NCBI GenBank assembly: GCA_964016885.1
Contig: OZ024764.1
Coordinates: 18,414,001-18,478,000 of the forward strand
Direction: 5' to 3'
Length of the DNA: 64,000 bases
From: Eledone cirrhosa
Lineage: Eukaryota
Shown here: piece by piece, positions 1 through 9,741 of the stretch
How positions within the stretch are numbered: the stretch's first letter is position 1
Layout of the letters: every line of letters starts with the position of its first letter
Made by a program: the position numbers and the translations under genes
The notes under the pieces: generated by a model
Seen by the model: only the letters and a program-made list of their open reading frames with translations
What the model was told of the DNA's origin: nothing
Databases searched by the model: none

Positions 1-2551
1 CCAGCCCTCCTTTCGAAGGGTGTTGACAGCAGATGGATCTCCTCACCAAAGGGGTCCGCTTGTTCCAAAGAAATTGGAACAGCGCGCACTCCATTTTGGC
101 GAGTCTTTTCACTGGGCAAGGCACGACGGTCAAGCGGTAGTAGATGACGGATGCTATATAAGTATTCGCCACCTCCGCTCGACCTTTCAGGGATAGTTTG
201 CACTGGGCCCACTTCTGGGTGAGTGCAAACACCCTCGCCGTTACCTCGTTCCAGTTTTTCTCCACCTGGAGGTCTGGTCCGAACCAGACCCCAAGCAGCT
301 TCACCGGGCCCTCCGTCCAGCGTCCGACGACGTCGTTGGAGGGCATCGGTTTGCCTCTCCATGTTCCGAGTTGCAAACCGACGGACTTGTCCCGGTTCAG
401 CTTGGCTCCTGTAAACCTTTCATATTCCTCCAGTAAGGTGCCGATCTCACCGATTTGCGAGGTTTTCGACACCATTACTGTCACGTCATCGGCGTAGGCC
501 GACGCCGCTTTCTGCAATCCCGGTTCCAAAGGGATGCCCTGCAACCGCTCCAACTTCCGCAGTAGTGGCTCAAGAGCCAGCACATACAGTAGGGAGGAGA
601 GAGGGCATCCCTGTCGAATGGATCGCATGATTTGGAACGGCTCCGAGAGGTGGCCGTTCACCTTGACCCTTGAGCAGACGTTGCTGCTGTGCATCGCAGC
701 AATCCAACCCCTGAAAACGGGTCCGAAGCCTGCCGCCGCGAGCACCGCATCCAGGTAACGATGGTCAACCCTATCGAAAGCTTTAGATTGATCCAAGTTG
801 ATCAGGGCCCCACCAAAGCCGGGTTCATTCCCTACCCTCTCTATGATGTATCGCATAAGGTGGAGATTGTCGTGAATGGACCTGGACGGGATTGCGCATG
901 TCTGCGCTTCTCCCACCAGGTTTCCAACGACAAGCGCCAACCTCTTCGCTAACACCTTGGCCAAAATCTTTAACTCTGTATTTAGCAGAGTTATGGGCCT
1001 GAAGTTACTTATGTCATCCCCCTTGTTCTCATCCTTCCTCACCAGCGTAACTACGCCCTTGGTCACAGAACTGGGAATTCTCCCGTTCTGCTGCCAGTTG
1101 CAGTAGACCGCTTCGAGGATATCGGAGAACAAGTCCGGCATTGCTACATATAGCTCGTATGGTAGACCATCGAGACCCGGGGATTTGCGTTTGCCGCATT
1201 GGCTCAGCGCCGCCCCTATCTCAGCAGCTGAAATCGTCCTTTCGCAGGACTTCGCCTCCGCGTCCGAGAGGCGCGGCAGACCGTCGAGGTATGGATTGAA
1301 ATCCATAGTCTCACCCGGCGCGCCGCCCCTCTCGAACAGTCGTGCAAAGTGCCGCTGAAAGGCCGCACACATCTGCCCAGGTTCAAGGATCACACGCCCA
1401 TCCTGGTTCTTCAAAGACCGAATCGTGGACTTGTTCCCACTTTTTGCCTCTGTCACTCGGGCCCAGCTTACAGCTTTGGCTCCCTCATTACCCAGAGCAC
1501 GTATTTTACTTCTGACAACGCAGCCTTCATGCTTCACCTCAAAGAACTGGTCTAAGGCCATTCTTGATGCCAGCACGCCGGCTACATTGCCACTCCTAAT
1601 CGCCTCTTCTACTCTATCTACTAATTCCCTTTCCGTCTTGTTCCTATCCCTTGCTAATTCCTGACTAAAACCTATCGATTCTATTCTAATTGCTCTCTTA
1701 AGAGAGCTCCACCACCTGTTGTTGACAATTGCCCCTGTCAAACTCTGCTTAACTAACGTGCTAATCCGTTTACTGTAAGCTTTGCTTCTCGGTAAGGACA
1801 AGTTCAGCTTCCAGTAACCGGGTCCCTGTCTATGGGTTCTATCAAGGTTGGCTATGCAGGTCACTAACTTGTGATCCGAATAGTCAACCATGAACATTTT
1901 TGGACAGCTAAATGTGTCCCTATCGTTCTCTCTAACTAGGACCCTATCTAGGTACGACCTAGATGTTCCACTGCGATTGGTCCACGTCCATAGTGGTACA
2001 GTCGGAAAATCTAGTCGATATCTATCGGCCAGGTCAAATCGGCCGATTAACCTTTTGAGGCTTTTACACCCCCCTCTATTGGCACATGCCCCTACATAGT
2101 CCCAACGTGCATCCAGGATACCATTCCAGTCCCCCACTAAAAGCAAGGAGCGGGACGTTCCCAGAAAAGTTTCCAGACGTTGGAAGTATTCCGGCCGCGC
2201 TGCCCAAAAAGGGGCGTACACAGCTATTAGTCTAAGGGCTCCACTTTCACTACTGCCGACGTCTAAAACCACCAGTCGACCCTCCGGGTCCAGGTGCACC
2301 TTCTGTATGGCGAGGCCCAGGTGTTTTCGCAGCAGAACGACAACTCCACCCCCACCCCCCGGTTGACAGAGAGATGCGAAGATCTCAAAGTCGTCGAAGA
2401 GGGGCGCCAGTTGGTGCTCGCTGCTGATCCTGGACTCGCAAATAGCCATTACATCCATTCTATGCGACCTGAGATCGTTTAAAAGTTTGCCTTGTTTCCA
2501 AGACAGTCCCAGGCCACGTACATTCAGACACCCAACTCTTATATCAGCCAT
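1..2551 (-). CDS. ORF2 (APE endonuclease + reverse transcriptase), 3'-truncated by the window edge; absent from the ORF track, presumably because no stop falls in the window
   Basis: Manual translation from ATG at 2551 begins MADIRVGCLNVRGLG...MDVMAICESR. APE motifs: LLLVGDWNGILD, SYLDRVLV, YSDHKLV. RT motifs: KSPGLDGLPYELY, LINLDQSKAFDRVDH, SIRQGCPLSSLLY, and AYADDVTV (YADD at 496-485, in frame with the ATG). Confidence 0.93.
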   Translation of the reverse strand, partial: MADIRVGCLNVRGLGLSWKQGKLLNDLRSHRMDVMAICESRISSEHQLAPLFDDFEIFASLCQPGGGGGVVVLLRKHLGLAIQKVHLDPEGRLVVLDVGSSESGALRLIAVYAPFWAARPEYFQRLETFLGTSRSLLLVGDWNGILDARWDYVGACANRGGCKSLKRLIGRFDLADRYRLDFPTVPLWTWTNRSGTSRSYLDRVLVRENDRDTFSCPKMFMVDYSDHKLVTCIANLDRTHRQGPGYWKLNLSLPRSKAYSKRISTLVKQSLTGAIVNNRWWSSLKRAIRIESIGFSQELARDRNKTERELVDRVEEAIRSGNVAGVLASRMALDQFFEVKHEGCVVRSKIRALGNEGAKAVSWARVTEAKSGNKSTIRSLKNQDGRVILEPGQMCAAFQRHFARLFERGGAPGETMDFNPYLDGLPRLSDAEAKSCERTISAAEIGAALSQCGKRKSPGLDGLPYELYVAMPDLFSDILEAVYCNWQQNGRIPSSVTKGVVTLVRKDENKGDDISNFRPITLLNTELKILAKVLAKRLALVVGNLVGEAQTCAIPSRSIHDNLHLMRYIIERVGNEPGFGGALINLDQSKAFDRVDHRYLDAVLAAAGFGPVFRGWIAAMHSSNVCSRVKVNGHLSEPFQIMRSIRQGCPLSSLLYVLALEPLLRKLERLQGIPLEPGLQKAASAYADDVTVMVSKTSQIGEIGTLLEEYERFTGAKLNRDKSVGLQLGTWRGKPMPSNDVVGRWTEGPVKLLGVWFGPDLQVEKNWNEVTARVFALTQKWAQCKLSLKGRAEVANTYIASVIYYRLTVVPCPVKRLAKMECALFQFLWNKRTPLVRRSICCQHPSKGGL

Positions 2552-2572
2552 GTTGGTTAAAAGAGGAAGGAC

Positions 2573-4315
2573 CTACCTGTTCGGCTCCTGAGGAGCAGGT
2601 TGCACAATATCCATGGGCGTATTGGAGGGGTTGTTTGGTGGGGTGTTGTTCTGTGGTGGAGTGGGGGTGTTTGGTGAGGTGTGGGTGGGGAAACGTTTCA
2701 AGAGGACGCGGTTATAGGGTCGAGTACATGTTTTCCCCACGTCCTCAGGAAAGTTCTCTCTTAGTTTTGCATAGGTGTCCATTGGGAGTCTTATCATTTT
2801 TAAATGCGGTTTGTTGGCCGCGCTTGCAAAGAATTGTCCTTCAGTTTCCACCAAAGGGTCTTTGTGTATTGTTTTTACTAGTTCTTTGTTATTTGTGTTA
2901 ATGTATGTATACTGTTTTATTTGTGTTGTGTTTGTTTGTTGTTCTTGTGTGTGCTTACGTTTTGTTGTATGTGTTATGTTTTGGGGTGGGGCGGATTTTG
3001 TTTGTTCTGTTTGTTTTGTTTTTGTTGGTGGTTGTGTGTTTGTTTCGTTTATGTTCGAGTGGTGCTTTCTTTTTTTCCTTTTTACAGGTTGGAAGGGTTC
3101 CCCCTCTTCGTCACTAGGTGCCGTTTCCGCTGGGTCCTCGTCCGTGCTGTCGGGTAGTGGTGTATTTTGGGGTTTTGTTGTATTTGTGTGTGTTTTGGGA
3201 GTTGTTTTGGGTGGGGCCGTGTCTTGTGTTATTTTTCCCTGTTGTTTTTGTTGTTGTTGTGGTGGTGGTGGTGGAGGTGGTGGTGGTGGTGGTGGTGGCG
3301 GTGGTGGTGTGTGGGGTGTAGGCAAAAGAGCCTTTTTTTTTGTCAATTGAGGACAAGCAGCCCTTAGATGACCCCTGCTTGAACAGTAGTAACATATGGG
3401 CCTCCTACCCTCGGCTGAAATATATATAAATGTTTCTCCATCGAGGGACACCCTCTGTGGTATTCTAGCTATTCGTTCTGGTCTCATTTGGACCAGAACC
3501 TCCACGCTCAAACCGCCGAAAACGTCTGTGGTGACTTCTCCTACTGAGAGGATTCCGTCCTCGTCTTCTAAAATCCCTGTTAGTACCCAGGAAATGCATG
3601 CATTTGGCCGGATTCCGGAGACCCTTATCTTCTGCGTTCTTTTCCCTAAATATGTGGGGAAAAATGTATGTAGCTTGGAAACAATTGGTGCCACAGAGTA
3701 TTTCCTGGCCGTCAATTGATCCTTCATTAGGACCGTTATATTCCCATAGAGTGGCCCTTTTTGTATGAACGATATATCACTCCACACATTTTTTAGGACC
3801 AGCTCAATCTCTTTTTGGGATAATTGAGTTGGTTTCCTTGTTATGTTGGAAATTGTTCTGAAAGATATCGTTCTTAGCGTCGTGTCTCTTTTGATTTCTT
3901 GTGGGGAGGTGATTGTGAAGTCTCCTCCTTCTTTGAAAGTTACATACTGTTTCGCTTCCTTCATCTTTTCTCTCAGAGTTGTAATGTCCAGTTGCTTGCA
4001 GGTTTGTGTTTTCCGGACCGCCTGTGCAAAGGAGGTACCAGTAGTGGGTTCGCTTTGTTTGGTGTTATCGTTATTTTTTCCTTGGTTGGTGTTGTGACTA
4101 TTGCTGTTATTGTCGTTGTTGTTTTTGTCTGCGTTTATGTGACTTTCTGGGTTTTCACCCATTTTTTCAAATTTTTCTTTTAATTCTGTGTTCCATGTTT
4201 CTTTTGCAGAAGTCAGGAGGGAAGACTTAGAGCCTTGTGCTTCTAGCTTCTCTGTATCACCTTTCTTAGGGGGCGTGGCTTTCACGTTAGGATGAGATGT
4301 GAAAATTCCGTCCAT
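2573..4315 (-). CDS. ORF1, gag-like nucleic-acid-binding protein with a CCHC zinc knuckle (~580 aa from the first ATG; ORF track extends it to a TTG at 4408)
   Basis: Contains CYYCSSRGHLRAAC (CX2CX4HX4C), a basic KRKKRK patch and a Pro/Thr/Gln-rich C-terminus. Lies directly upstream of ORF2. Confidence 0.85.
   Translation of the reverse strand: MDGIFTSHPNVKATPPKKGDTEKLEAQGSKSSLLTSAKETWNTELKEKFEKMGENPESHINADKNNNDNNSNSHNTNQGKNNDNTKQSEPTTGTSFAQAVRKTQTCKQLDITTLREKMKEAKQYVTFKEGGDFTITSPQEIKRDTTLRTISFRTISNITRKPTQLSQKEIELVLKNVWSDISFIQKGPLYGNITVLMKDQLTARKYSVAPIVSKLHTFFPTYLGKRTQKIRVSGIRPNACISWVLTGILEDEDGILSVGEVTTDVFGGLSVEVLVQMRPERIARIPQRVSLDGETFIYISAEGRRPICYYCSSRGHLRAACPQLTKKKALLPTPHTPPPPPPPPPPPPPPPPQQQQKQQGKITQDTAPPKTTPKTHTNTTKPQNTPLPDSTDEDPAETAPSDEEGEPFQPVKRKKRKHHSNINETNTQPPTKTKQTEQTKSAPPQNITHTTKRKHTQEQQTNTTQIKQYTYINTNNKELVKTIHKDPLVETEGQFFASAANKPHLKMIRLPMDTYAKLRENFPEDVGKTCTRPYNRVLLKRFPTHTSPNTPTPPQNNTPPNNPSNTPMDIVQPAPQEPNR
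3250..3310. repeat. (GTT)n/(GGT)n microsatellite encoding a ~17-residue poly-Pro run plus Gln run in ORF1
   Basis: gttgttgttgt followed by ggtggtggt...; translates as PPPP...QQQQ on the minus strand. Confidence 0.9.
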
Positions 4316-4526
4316 TTCTATTAGTTTGCCGTAATAAATTTTTAACTGGAAAATTCGCCCCAAAAAGGGGCGAAAATAAATAAACTCAAAGTTTGACGAC
4401 CAAGGCAAGGGGTTAACGTATATTACAGTATAAAAAAATTAATCAAAACTCACTTTTTGAGTAAGTAAATCCGACTCGGTAGCCGAGCTTGTTCACACAC
4501 GTCAACACACGTCTCTCGTATACGAG

Positions 4527-7500
4527 ATGTTATGTGAGATATTATGTGAGGTAAAGCCTTTACTGTGACAATACAATAGTATATGTAGAGTAATGTAAAT
4601 GTTATGTGAGATATTATGTGAGGTAAAGCCATTACTGTGACAATACAATAGTATATATAGAGTAATGTAAATGTTATGTGAGATATTATGTGAGGTAAAG
4701 CCTTTACTGTGAAAATACAATAGTATATATAGAGTAATGTAAATGTTATGTGAGGTATTATGCGAGGTAAAGCCATTACTGTGACAATACAATAGTATAT
4801 ATAGAGTAATATAAATGTTATGTGAGGTAAAGCCTTTACTGTGACAATACAATAGTATATATAGAGTAATGTAAATGTTATGTGAGATATGTGAGGTAAA
4901 GCCTTCACTGTGACAATACAATAGTATATATAGAGTAATGTAAATGTTATGTGAGATATTATGTGAGGTAAAGCCATTACTGTGACAATACAATAGTATA
5001 TATAGAGTAATGTAAATGTGAGGTAAAGCCTTTACTGTGACAATACAATAGTATATATAGAGTAATGTAAATGTTATGTGAGATATTATGTGAGGTAAAG
5101 CCATTACTGTGACAATACAATAGTATATATAGAGTAATGTAAATGTGAGGTAAAGCCTTTACTGTGACAATACAATAGTATATATAGAGTAATGTAAATG
5201 TTATGTGAGATATTATGTGAGGTAAAGCCATTCTGTGACAATACAATAGTATATATAGAGTAATGTAAATGTGAGATATTATGTGAGGTAAAGCCTTTAC
5301 TGTGACAATACAATAGTATATATAGAGTAATGTAAATGTTGTGAGGTAAAGCCTTTACTGTGACAATACAATAGTATATATAGAGTAATGTAAATGTTAT
5401 GTGAGATATTGTGTGAGGTAAAGCCTTTACTGTGACAATACAATAGTATATGTAGAGTAATGTAAATGTAATGTGAGATATTATGTGAGGTAAAGCCTTT
5501 ACTGTGAAAATACAATAGTATATATAGAGTAATGTAAATGTTATGTGAGGTAAAGCCTATACTGTGACAATACAATAGTATATATAGAGTAATGTAAATG
5601 TTATGTGAGATATTATGTGAGGTAAAGCCTTTACTGTGAAAATACAATAGTATATATAGAGTAATGTAAATGTTATGTGAGGTAAAGCCATTACTGTGAC
5701 AATACAATAGTATATATAGAGTAATGTAAATGTGAGATATTATGTGAGGTAAAGCCTTTACTGTGACAATACAATAGTATATATAGAGTAATGTAAATGT
5801 TATGTGAGGTAAAGCCTTTACTGTGACAATACAATAGTATATATAGAGTAATGTAAATGTTATGGGAGATATTATGTGAGGTAAAGCCTTTACTGTGAAA
5901 ATACAATAGTATATATAGAGTAATGTAAATGTTATGTGATATATTATGTGAGGTAAAGCCATTACTGTGACAATACAATAGTATATATAGAGTAATGTAA
6001 ATGTGAGGTAAAGCCTTTACTGTGACAATACAATAGTATATATAGAGTAATGTAAATATGTGAGGTAAAGCCATTCTGTGACAATACAATAGTATATATA
6101 GAGTAATGTAAATGTTATGTGAGATATTATGTGAGGTAAAGCCATTCTGTGACAATACAATAGTATATATAGAGTAATGTAAATGTGAGATATTATGTGA
6201 GGTAAAGCCTTCACTGTGACAATACAATAGTATATGTAGAGTAATGTAAATGTTATGTGAGATATTATGTGAGGTAAAGCCATTACTGTGACAATACAAT
6301 AGTATATATAGAGTAATGTAAATGTTATGTGACATATTATGTGAGGTAAACCCTTTACTGTGAAAATACAATAGTATATATAGAGTAATGTAAATGTTAT
6401 GTGAGGTAAAGCCATTACTGTGACAATACAATAGTATATATAGAGTAATGTAAATGTGAGATATTATGTGAGGTAAAGCCTTTACTGTGACAATACAATA
6501 GTATATGTAGAGTAATGTAAATGTTATGTGAGATATTATGTGAGGTAAAGCCATTACTGTGACAATACAATAGTATATATAGAGTAATGTAAATGTTATG
6601 TGACATATTATGTGAGGTAAACCCTTTACTGTGAAAATACAATAGTATATATAGAATAATGTAAATGTTATGTGAGATATTATGTGAGGTAAAGCCTTTA
6701 CTGTGAAAATACAATAGTATATATAGAGTAATGTAAATGTTATGTAAGGTATTATGTGAGGTAAAGACTTTACTGTGACAATACAATAGTATATATAGAG
6801 TAATGTAAATGTTATGTAAGATATGTGAGGTAAAGCCTTCACTGTGAAAATACAATAGTATATATAGAGTAATGTAAATGTTATGTGAAATATTATGTGA
6901 GGTAAAGCCTTTACTGTGACAATACAATAGTATATATAGAGTAATGTAAATGTTATGTGAGGTATTATGTGAGGTAAAGCCATTACTGTGACAATACAAT
7001 AGTATATATAGAGTAATGTAAATGTTATGTGAGGTAAAGCCTTTACTGTGACAATACAATAGTATATATAGAGTAATGTAAATGTTATGTGAGATATTAT
7101 GTGAGGTAAAGCCTTTACTGTGACAATACAATAGTATATGTAGAGTAATGTAAATGTTATGTGAGATATTATATGAGGTAAAGCCATTACTGTGACAATA
7201 CAATAGTATATATAGAGTAATGTAAATGTTATGTGAGATATTATGTGAGGTAAAGCCTTTACTGTGAAAATACAATAGTATATATAGAGTAATGTAAATG
7301 TTATGTGAGGTATTATGTGAGGTAAAGCCATTACTGTGACAATACAATAGTATATATAGAGTAATATAAATGTTATGTGAGGTAAAGCCTTTACTGTGAC
7401 AATACAATAGTATATATAGAGTAATGTAAATGTTATGTGAGATATGTGAGGTAAAGCCTTCACTGTGACAATACAATAGTATATATAGAGTAATGTAAAT

Positions 7501-8720
7501 GTTATGTGAGATATTATGTGAGGTAAAGCCATTACTGTGACAATACAATAGTATATATAGAGTAATGTAAATGTGAGGTAAAGCCTTTACTGTGACAATA
7601 CAATAGTATATATAGAGTAATGTAAATGTTATGTGAGATATTATGTGAGGTAAAGCCATTCTGTGACAATACAATAGTATATATAGAGTAATGTAAATGT
7701 GAGATATTATGTGAGGTAAAGCCTTTACTGTGACAATACAATAGTATATATAGAGTAATGTAAATGTTATGTGAGGTAAAGCCTTTACTGTGACAATACA
7801 ATAGTATATATAGAGTAATGTAAATATGTGAGATATTATGTGAGGTAAAGCCATTCTGTGACAATACAATAGTATATATAGAGTAATGTAAATGTTATGT
7901 GAGATATTATGTGAGGTAAAGCCATTCTGTGACAATACAATAGTATATATAGAGTAATGTAAATGTGAGATATTATGTGAGGTAAAGCCTTTACTGTGAC
8001 AATACAATAGTATATATAGAGTAATGTAAATGTTATGTGAGGTAAAGCCATTACTGTGACAATACAATAGTATATATAGAGTAATGTAAATGTGAGATAT
8101 TATGTGAGGTAAAGCCTTTACTGTGACAATACAATAGTATATATAGAGTAATGTAAATGTGAGATATTATGTGAGGTAAAGACTTTACTGTGACAATACA
8201 ATAGTATATATAGAGTAATGTAAATGTTATGTGAGATATTATGTGAGGTAAAGCCTTTACTGTGACAATACAATAGTATATATAGAGTAATGTAAATGTT
8301 ATGTGAGATATTATGTGAGGTAAAGCCTTTACTGTGACAATACAATAGTATATATAGAGTAATGTAAATGTGAGATATTATGTGAGGTAAAGACTTTACT
8401 GTGACAATACAATAGTATATATAGAGTAATGTAAATGTTATGTGAGATATTATGTGAGGTAAAGCCTTTACTGTGACAATACAATAGTATATATAGAGTA
8501 ATGTAAATGTTATGTGAGATATTATGTGAGGTAAAGCCTTTACTGTGACAATACAATAGTATATATAGAGTAATGTAAATGTGAGATATTATGTGAGGTA
8601 AAGACTTTACTGTGACAATACAATAGTATATATAGAGTAATGTAAATGTTATGTGAGATATTATGTGAGGTAAAGCCATTACTGTGACAATACAATAGTA
8701 TATATAGAGTAATGTAAATG
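4527..8720. repeat. Satellite 1: AT-rich tandem array, 72-bp master unit with ~55-70-bp deletion variants (roughly 60-65 copies)
   Basis: Unit atgttatgtgagatattatgtgaggtaaagcctttactgtgacaatacaatagtatatatagagtaatgtaa. The internal 12-bp subrepeat ttatgtgag(a/g)ta is variably lost. Confidence 0.97.
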
Positions 8721-8732
8721 CTAAAGGGTTAA
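8706..8732. mobile_element. piggyBac-type (TTAA-specific) transposon/MITE terminus closing satellite 1
   Basis: ...agagtaatgtaaatgctaaaGGG|TTAA; the reverse strand reads TTAA CCCTTTAGCATT..., matching piggyBac CCY termini with a TTAA target. The partner end is not in the window. Confidence 0.6.
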
Positions 8733-9099
8733 AGCAGAGGTTTCCCCTCTCACGGCCATGTAATATCCTCAGTACCCACTCCAACCTATTTCCAGAGAGA
8801 TCTACCTACACACAAATTGTAAATAACATATAACAAACAAAATCGTTAATTTATATATAATAAATAATATAATATATACTATGTATAAATAAATATGGTT
8901 TACTTTATCTCTCATTGCCTTTTTACACATTTTTTTACAATCTTTTATGCTCTCTAATTCTCTTACTTCACTTCTTCTCGCTCTCATCTCCATACCACCT
9001 GATTTTGTTAACCAGATATTTAGCCATCTGAATTGTTGAGACTCCAAAAACGACTATTTTAAAATATTTTATATTTTTTATTTTACTATATATATATTT

Positions 9100-9436
9100 G
9101 GAGGCACATGGCTTAGTGGTTAGAGCATTGGCCTTGCAATCGAAAGGTTGTGAGTTCAATTCTCAGACCGGGTGGTGTGTTGTTTCCTTGAGCAAGACAC
9201 TTTATTTCACATTGCTCCAGTTTACTCAGCTGTAGAAATGAGATGATAGGGACTGGGGTCCCTATCATTCCACTGCAAAGTGGTCGTGGAGGGGCCACAG
9301 CAAAAAAAGCACCCAGCACTCACTGTAAATGAGGTTGGGGTTAGGAAGGGCATCCAGCTGTAGAAATCAAGCCAGAATCAGTTCCCGTCCCACCCTTGCA
9401 AGCAGGGAAAAGTGGACGTAAAATGATGATGATGAT
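9100..9436 (+). mobile_element. tRNA-derived SINE with a CORE-like central domain and an RTE-derived 3' tail ending in (TGA)n
   Basis: A box tggcttagtgg (9109-9119) and B box gagttcaattc (9152-9162). CORE-like tccttgagcaagacacttt...ctcagctgtagaaatg. The tail matches the RTE 3' UTR copy at 10981-11200 (minus strand). Flanked on both sides by (TA)n. Confidence 0.88.
9109..9162 (+). promoter_or_regulatory. RNA polymerase III internal promoter (A and B boxes) of the SINE
   Basis: TGGCTTAGTGG and GAGTTCAATTC with tRNA-like spacing. Confidence 0.75.
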
Positions 9437-9446
9437 ATATATATAT

Positions 9447-9475
9447 ACTAGCTGTGGTACCTGGCTTCACTCGGG
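9447..9475 (-). mobile_element. Possible Helitron 3' terminus (degenerate hairpin followed by CTAG|T)
   Basis: Minus strand reads cccgagtgaagccagg-taccacag-CTAG-T: a GC-rich imperfect palindrome ~8 nt before CTAG, next to (TA)n. Confidence 0.4.
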
Positions 9476-9741
9476 AGAACAGTTAAGAGAAGACAGATAA
9501 AAGAGAAACGACTGTATTGGATGTATTGTCTGGTATGAGGTGAGACTGTAATGTGTGTGAGAGACATAAACAAAACAATCATAAAACTTCCTTATTAGGC
9601 TGGGGGGAGTAAACTGCTGATTAACATTGGCCCTGGATTTTAAATGTGAAATAACCATAGTCAGTATGATCTTATTCAGTTCCAAAGTACCTCATCTGAA
9701 ACAATGTTATAGGGATAAAAGCTGGAAGGTAGATTAATTTC

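Larger units (their letters stand above)
1..4526 (-). mobile_element. Tx1/L1-clade non-LTR retrotransposon, 5' part (5' UTR, ORF1, ORF2), continuing beyond the left window edge
   Basis: Two minus-strand ORFs 21 nt apart: ORF1 with a CCHC knuckle, ORF2 with APE endonuclease then RT. The GPGYWKLNLSL motif after the endonuclease is typical of L1/Tx1. Unique sequence stops at ~4526, where the satellite begins. Confidence 0.9.

Noticed and set aside
198-4183. Plus-strand short ORFs over the retrotransposon (e.g. 2775-3350, poly-Gly/Val/Cys)
   Set aside because: Antisense shadows of ORF1/ORF2, caused by strong strand compositional skew.
4409-4416. ggggTTAA as the second piggyBac end
   Set aside because: Same orientation as the 8726-8732 end rather than inverted, no further similarity, and it lies within the Tx1 5' UTR.
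4450-8784. Long ORFs in satellite 1 (5691-7532, 613 aa; 6415-8067, 550 aa)
   Set aside because: These are translations of 72/60-bp units that switch frame at length variants. There is no evidence of coding constraint.
9100-9175. tRNA gene
   Set aside because: A and B boxes are present, but the acceptor stem does not pair convincingly and the sequence continues into a SINE body and tail.
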